Shown: piece after piece, positions 59,351 to 64,000 of the stretch | Numbering within the stretch: the stretch's first letter is position 1 | How the letters are laid out: each line of letters starts with the position of its first letter | DNA from: Raillietiella orientalis | Lineage: Eukaryota | Length of the DNA stretch: 64,000 bases | Assembly (NCBI GenBank): GCA_036172245.1 | Contig: JAYWIR010000025.1 | Span: 2,418,001 to 2,482,000, forward strand | Direction of reading: 5' to 3' | Translations under genes and position numbers: made by a program | Notes under the pieces: generated by a model | The model's database searches: none | What the model was told of the DNA's origin: nothing | Seen by the model: the letters and a program-made list of their open reading frames with translations, nothing else

Positions 59351-61835
59351 AGGCGGACAGATGGATGACCTCTTCCGAATTGACGTCCGAGGAAAAGCCA
59401 CGCAGGCAAACGCACAGGGAGCTCTCTGCTCCCACGTGCGAGGCGCACACGACCACCGCGATCTCTGATGGTCGCGGTCGACCCTGCCCACGTTCTCCAC
59501 TTCAAGGGCAAAGGAACATCCAGGAGGAGCTTTTGGAGTCCCCCCCCCCCCCACAGCCGCTCTTTCTTTTTCTTGTCTTTTTTTCCGTTGTATCTAAGAG
59601 ATGATTTTGGCCATCTGGAGATTTCTGTGACATCATCTCAACGTGGGAAACCAACACTCGCTTGAAGAACTCAGGATCACGTTGCGAGGGAAAGTCTTTC
59701 CGCAGCACCGCCTCCTCAACCTGCCCAGCTTCTCTTTCCATCCGCAGCCTAGTCACGCCAGGACGATTACTTGAATTAAATAAACCAACATACATATGAT
59801 CAGCAGCTTATGTATTCAGTGTATTGAACACCGACACTCAGCAGGCGGACAAGAGACTGGTCAAAATGGGGAGGGGAAAAAGGACAAACGAGAACAAAGA
59901 AAAAACGTAGGGGGACCACGTTGGAGGCTACGTGGTCACCGCATCAGCGCTCGGCGGCGAGCGTTGCGGGTTCGAATGTCCATGGGGTCGGTGCCGAGTG
60001 GGTTTCACCTCCCCTTTCCTTCCCCCGCATGGTGACGCTGGGGACGACTCAAGCTTCGGAAGAGGGAAGTGTCGGTAGAGCGCGATCGCACCGTTTCGGC
60101 AAAATGCCCCGTTGATTAGTCAGGAACCAGGATTGGTCCCTTCAAGTTATCCCCCTGCCTTCCCTGCTGCACGCGTCCCTTAGATGCGTGACGGTGGAAG
60201 AGCCTTGGGAGTGGCCGTGTGGAGGCACCCACATATTCCCATGGGATGGAGCATATCCCTTGAGTGCTTGGCGAACGAAAAAGAAAGGAAGGAAGAAAAA
60301 CTGGGCTCTCCTGGAAAGTCAACGAGCGGATGATGATCCCGCCATCCAGAAACGAATGGGAAGATGGGAATCTCCGGGATAAAATGCTTCCGGAGCCAGG
60401 ATCGGGGAGGGGAAGGTGGCTGGCTGGCTGGCTGCCTCCTCAGCCTGCCAGCGATGCAGGCACGCCTTCGTCCATTTCTGATGGGAGGTGACGTCATCAT
60501 AGAGGGGAAGAACCGTTCAGCCATCCTCCGGTGGCATCCACCGCGAGCAGCGACGCAGCTGTATCTGTTGCACAGATACAGCTGGGGATGGGGTGGCCAG
60601 TCAGAAGCCCTCGCAGATATGAAGAACCGCTGCATGAGCCACCGAGAGGTGTCCTCGGGGTGCGCGAACCGCCATCCTCTGAGGGTAAGCCCGCAGTCGC
60701 AGGGGCCGCACCTGGCACAGCTCGGGGGAGCGTTCCCTCCGTGGTGCTGGAGCAGGATGCACGGGTAGCGGCACCGGTGCAAGAAGCGTTTCGCCTTGCG
60801 CTCCCACCAGAGCGAGGAGCTGTCCAGGAGCGTCACGGGCGCCCTGGGTTCGCCTACGGGAATGCCGAGTGCATGGGCGTCCTAGAGCTTCCCAAAGTTC
60901 GCTCGGCATGGGCGCCCGGCTGCTCCGCGACGGGCGTGTTCCAGGGCGCCAGGTGCTGCTCCTGGTGTATTCCAAGGCGCCGGGGTGCTGCTCCAGGCGG
61001 CGACGGCCTTGTCAAACGGTGCGTTCGCCTCCGCGTTTCGAACCCACCCAGCCCCACCCTCTCGGCGTCGGGAGGCGTCTTCGATGTCCCCGCTTGACCT
61101 GCGGTCTCGCTGCAGGGTGACCGCAGAGAGATTCGAAATCCCCGTGGTCTTCCTTGAAGACAGACGAGAGCGACGAGCACCCGAGAAGCGACCTCCTCCA
61201 GGATTCAGGATCTGCAAGTTTCGCTGCATTCGCGATTCCCCCGCTCATGCGCACCTCGGTCCTGCTGTCCGCCTGTTTCGAGTGAGAGTTGAGGAACGAA
61301 GACGGAAGTTACTTCTCCTGTCAGCTTGAGCAGATCGAAAGGAGGAAATCAACTTTGGACAGAACGAAGAGCCACCATAAACAAAGCAAAAAGGCAAAGA
61401 TTCGCAACGTGGCAGCGAAGGACCAGATCCATGTTGCCCATGACCAGAAAAGACGGTGACGACTCTCAATTCTTGCCGCCCATTCTGTCTGGAAAAAGGT
61501 TTGAGGTGCAACGGGGATCTCGTGCTTCGTGCCGTGCTGAAAATCGCATCAGGAAAGTTTCAGAAATGGAACGCACCTTCTTCGAAGACACTGCCTTAAG
61601 ACTCTGCTTTCTGTCTCGTTCTTCCAGATTGTCCCTCCGTCTGAAAGAATCATGAATTCTTCGTCTTCATCATCTTGGACAAGAAATTCTTCTGATGAGC
61701 CAACGATCGACATGGGCAAAGAGTGGGAGTGACTGGTGGGAGTAACTTTTCAGTGAGTGCCACGAGGAACTCTTGTCTCGTCCTTTGGGTTTGGACACTC
61801 AGGTGGTTCCCTTGAGGGGCACACGTGGTGGTGCT

Positions 61836-61891
61836 GTGTTTGCACAACCACGTATGCAAATACGTATTTGCATACGTGGTTGTGCAAACAC
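61836..61891. repeat. Perfect 56-bp palindrome with no spacer
   Basis: GTGTTTGCACAACCACGTATGCAAATAC|GTATTTGCATACGTGGTTGTGCAAACAC. Confidence 0.98.
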
Positions 61892-61949
61892 TTGGTCGCT
61901 AGGTTTCCAGTGCAATCAGTGCCGGCACTTCGTTTCCGGAGGAATTGCT

Positions 61950-63550
61950 CTCCCAAACGGCTGAGGTGCGGGAGGGAGAACTCGCCTGCTTTCGGACTGC
62001 GGTGCTCTCCAAGAACTGGGGCGGAAACTGTCTAGGAGCGCCGCTGCATCGGGATACACGGCGACGGACTTGCTGCGACGCTTCTTCGCACGCGATAGGC
62101 TTTGGCATGGCGCGGTGGTTGCAACGATGGGTGGTTGAATCCGCGCCATCGTCACGACCTGCCATGTTCTGGAGTCTCGGGCGCAACGAAGTCAGGTCAT
62201 CGAGATGGCAGCCGCCTACATGAGGACAGCTGCGAGGTGGCCTCACCTGGAAGAGGAAGCCGTCATGGAAATCGCTGGCATTCTGCGCCGGTTTTGAGAA
62301 TAAAGGAGGGTTTCAAACTGAATGACCTCTGACCTACGCGCTCCCTTTTTTTTTTAATTTACTGTCCTCTTCCCTTCCTTTCCGAAATTCCTCAGCAACC
62401 GACCTGCATGTCGGCGAACTTTCCCAACGAACTTCTTGTTTCACTTTGGGAGCGGCGTTCCCAAAGACTTTGTTTATTGTTTTAACAAAGGACCCCGGGT
62501 AAAAAAGAGTGACGTGAGTGGACCTGGTCGTGACCCTAGCCTTCCTACTCCTGTTACCGAGTTCATGGATGGTGTTTCCTCCGTCAGCGTCACATCTCAG
62601 GCATGTGATCTCTGGGGATCAGACTGTGTGGGTGCCGAAGTCCACGACAAATCCACGTGTGGATGCGCCCTGTTCTCCAGACTGTCTTCGGAAAAGCTAG
62701 GACGAATTGAGAAAGGGGGGGGGGGAGAAGTTTCCAAGAGGCACCCTTCTAGTCACCGTTGTGCCTCTGCTGATTCCAAAATTTGGATGGCTATTTCTTA
62801 TTTTCATTTTGGTTCGCTTTCCGCTCGATCTATGCCACCCCCATCACTGAAAGAAGTCCAATACACCTGTGAAGTTGAAAAATTTCCAGCTGGTGCTTAT
62901 CGTATCTTTGGAAGGAGGTAGCATCAAGGAGAGGGCAGCACCCCCTGAAGCATTATATTTCCTCGAAAACTTAGAACTTTGTCTTTGCGGGACCATGGAT
63001 TGCAGCATCAGGGTAAGCTGGAGCTTGACGAATCTCCCGCGGTATGTCCTAAGATGGAGTTTCTAGGCGTTCTCAGTGGAAGCTTCGAGATACTGGGATT
63101 CTTCATCGACGTCTCCGCCCTTCTTCCACGACACCAGCGGACTGCTACCTTGCTGGCAAGTCTGGGCTCTCCGCGAAACGAGAAGCGCCACTACATCTCT
63201 GCGGAAAGAGAGCATCCAAGGAGCGTACCCAATGTGGGATAACGGGGACCATACCGCACGTGCTTCTTGAATGCAGAAGACTGGGTCAGGGATGGAAGCT
63301 CATAGTTGAAGCGCTTCAGTCCGTTGATGTTTCCCTGTAAGGCCTGCTTGAAGGAACCTCTACTTCTCCAGGCTTACCGGCTGCCTTCTCGCCGGCGACC
63401 TTCTGCCACATTTCGCAGCAGTGACCACCAAAATGGAAAAGGGAGTGTCGCTGACATGTCTTGGAGAGTCATCTGCAATCCCCTTTGCCTATTCGAAGGC
63501 AACGAAGTGGTCCAGTCTGGTATATGAGATGCAGGATTTGGGCGGATTAA
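61950..63550 (-). mobile_element. Possible decayed non-LTR RT fragment
   Basis: VTGVGRLGSRPGPL at about 62.52-62.56 kb resembles GVxQGSxLGPL; weak. Confidence 0.25.
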
Positions 63551-64000
63551 CCGGACACTGGTGACCGCACCTCCACTTCCGTTCCTCCTCTGCCCTCTGG
63601 AATCGTGTTCGTTACGGTGAGGTCGATCCATTCCATTATCCATCTATTTATTTATTCATTGTTTCATCCTCTGTACCCTTCACTCCTTAGTCCCTCTAGT
63701 TTCGGATCGGCGCGTGTAGATCCTTCACTGTATGAATTTATCTTACTTACCGGTCTAAATAGCCCGGAAATCTGGGATGAGGTCTCTGCTGACCTAAGAA
63801 ACAGTCCCTTTTGTTTTCCTTAATAAGACAGCATAGAATGCACTCCCCACCAAAGTTATCACTCGTCTCCGGTCCTGCGTGCGGATGGCAAGGTCGGTTA
63901 GGGGAGCCTTCAGTAGGTCTATTCGACATCCGATCTCCAGTCGCGCCGGAGAGTGACAGTACATTTCCTCGTGATGCTTGATGTGCGTTTGTTTCCAATC

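Noticed and set aside
37600..61500. Many 150-390 aa ORFs in the GC-rich domain as genes
   Set aside because: No recognisable domains apart from transposon fossils; they overlap in multiple frames and have low-complexity composition.
61690..61725. Hammerhead-like CTGATGA-GCC...GGC, also CTGATGA near 5823 and 14001
   Set aside because: No correctly placed GAAA, stem III or NUH site.
29300..64000. Bacterial contamination or horizontal transfer for the GC-rich block
   Set aside because: It holds spliceosomal exons of an animal gene that continue in frame into the AT-rich block. No bacterial genes, rRNA or CRISPR arrays are visible.

Overview
Eukaryotic genomic DNA from an invertebrate, probably an arthropod (the Ptr protein closely resembles what I recall of insect Ptr). 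Two intact spliced genes converge tail-to-tail at about 25.4 kb: Rif1 (+, 8 coding exons, 18011-25399, about 1537 aa) and a Patched-related/PTCHD3-like sterol-sensing-domain gene (-, 8 coding exons, 37375-25529, about 1025 aa, with a probable non-coding first exon near 39.6 kb). The rest is mostly heavily decayed transposable element sequence: many L1/Tx1-like fragments, a NeSL/Utopia-like restriction-like-endonuclease (RLE) retroelement end, a hAT transposase fossil and possible SINE heads. Most long ORFs in the GC-rich regions are compositional artefacts. Structural oddities are a very recent 1.48-kb inverted duplication (1414-2890 vs 10945-12422) with TG...CA ends and 2-bp flanking direct repeats, several perfect or near-perfect palindromes, and a sharp switch from AT-rich/CpG-poor to GC-rich/CpG-rich DNA inside the Ptr gene. 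I found no convincing novel multi-gene system. All homology calls are by-eye motif recognition, not database results.
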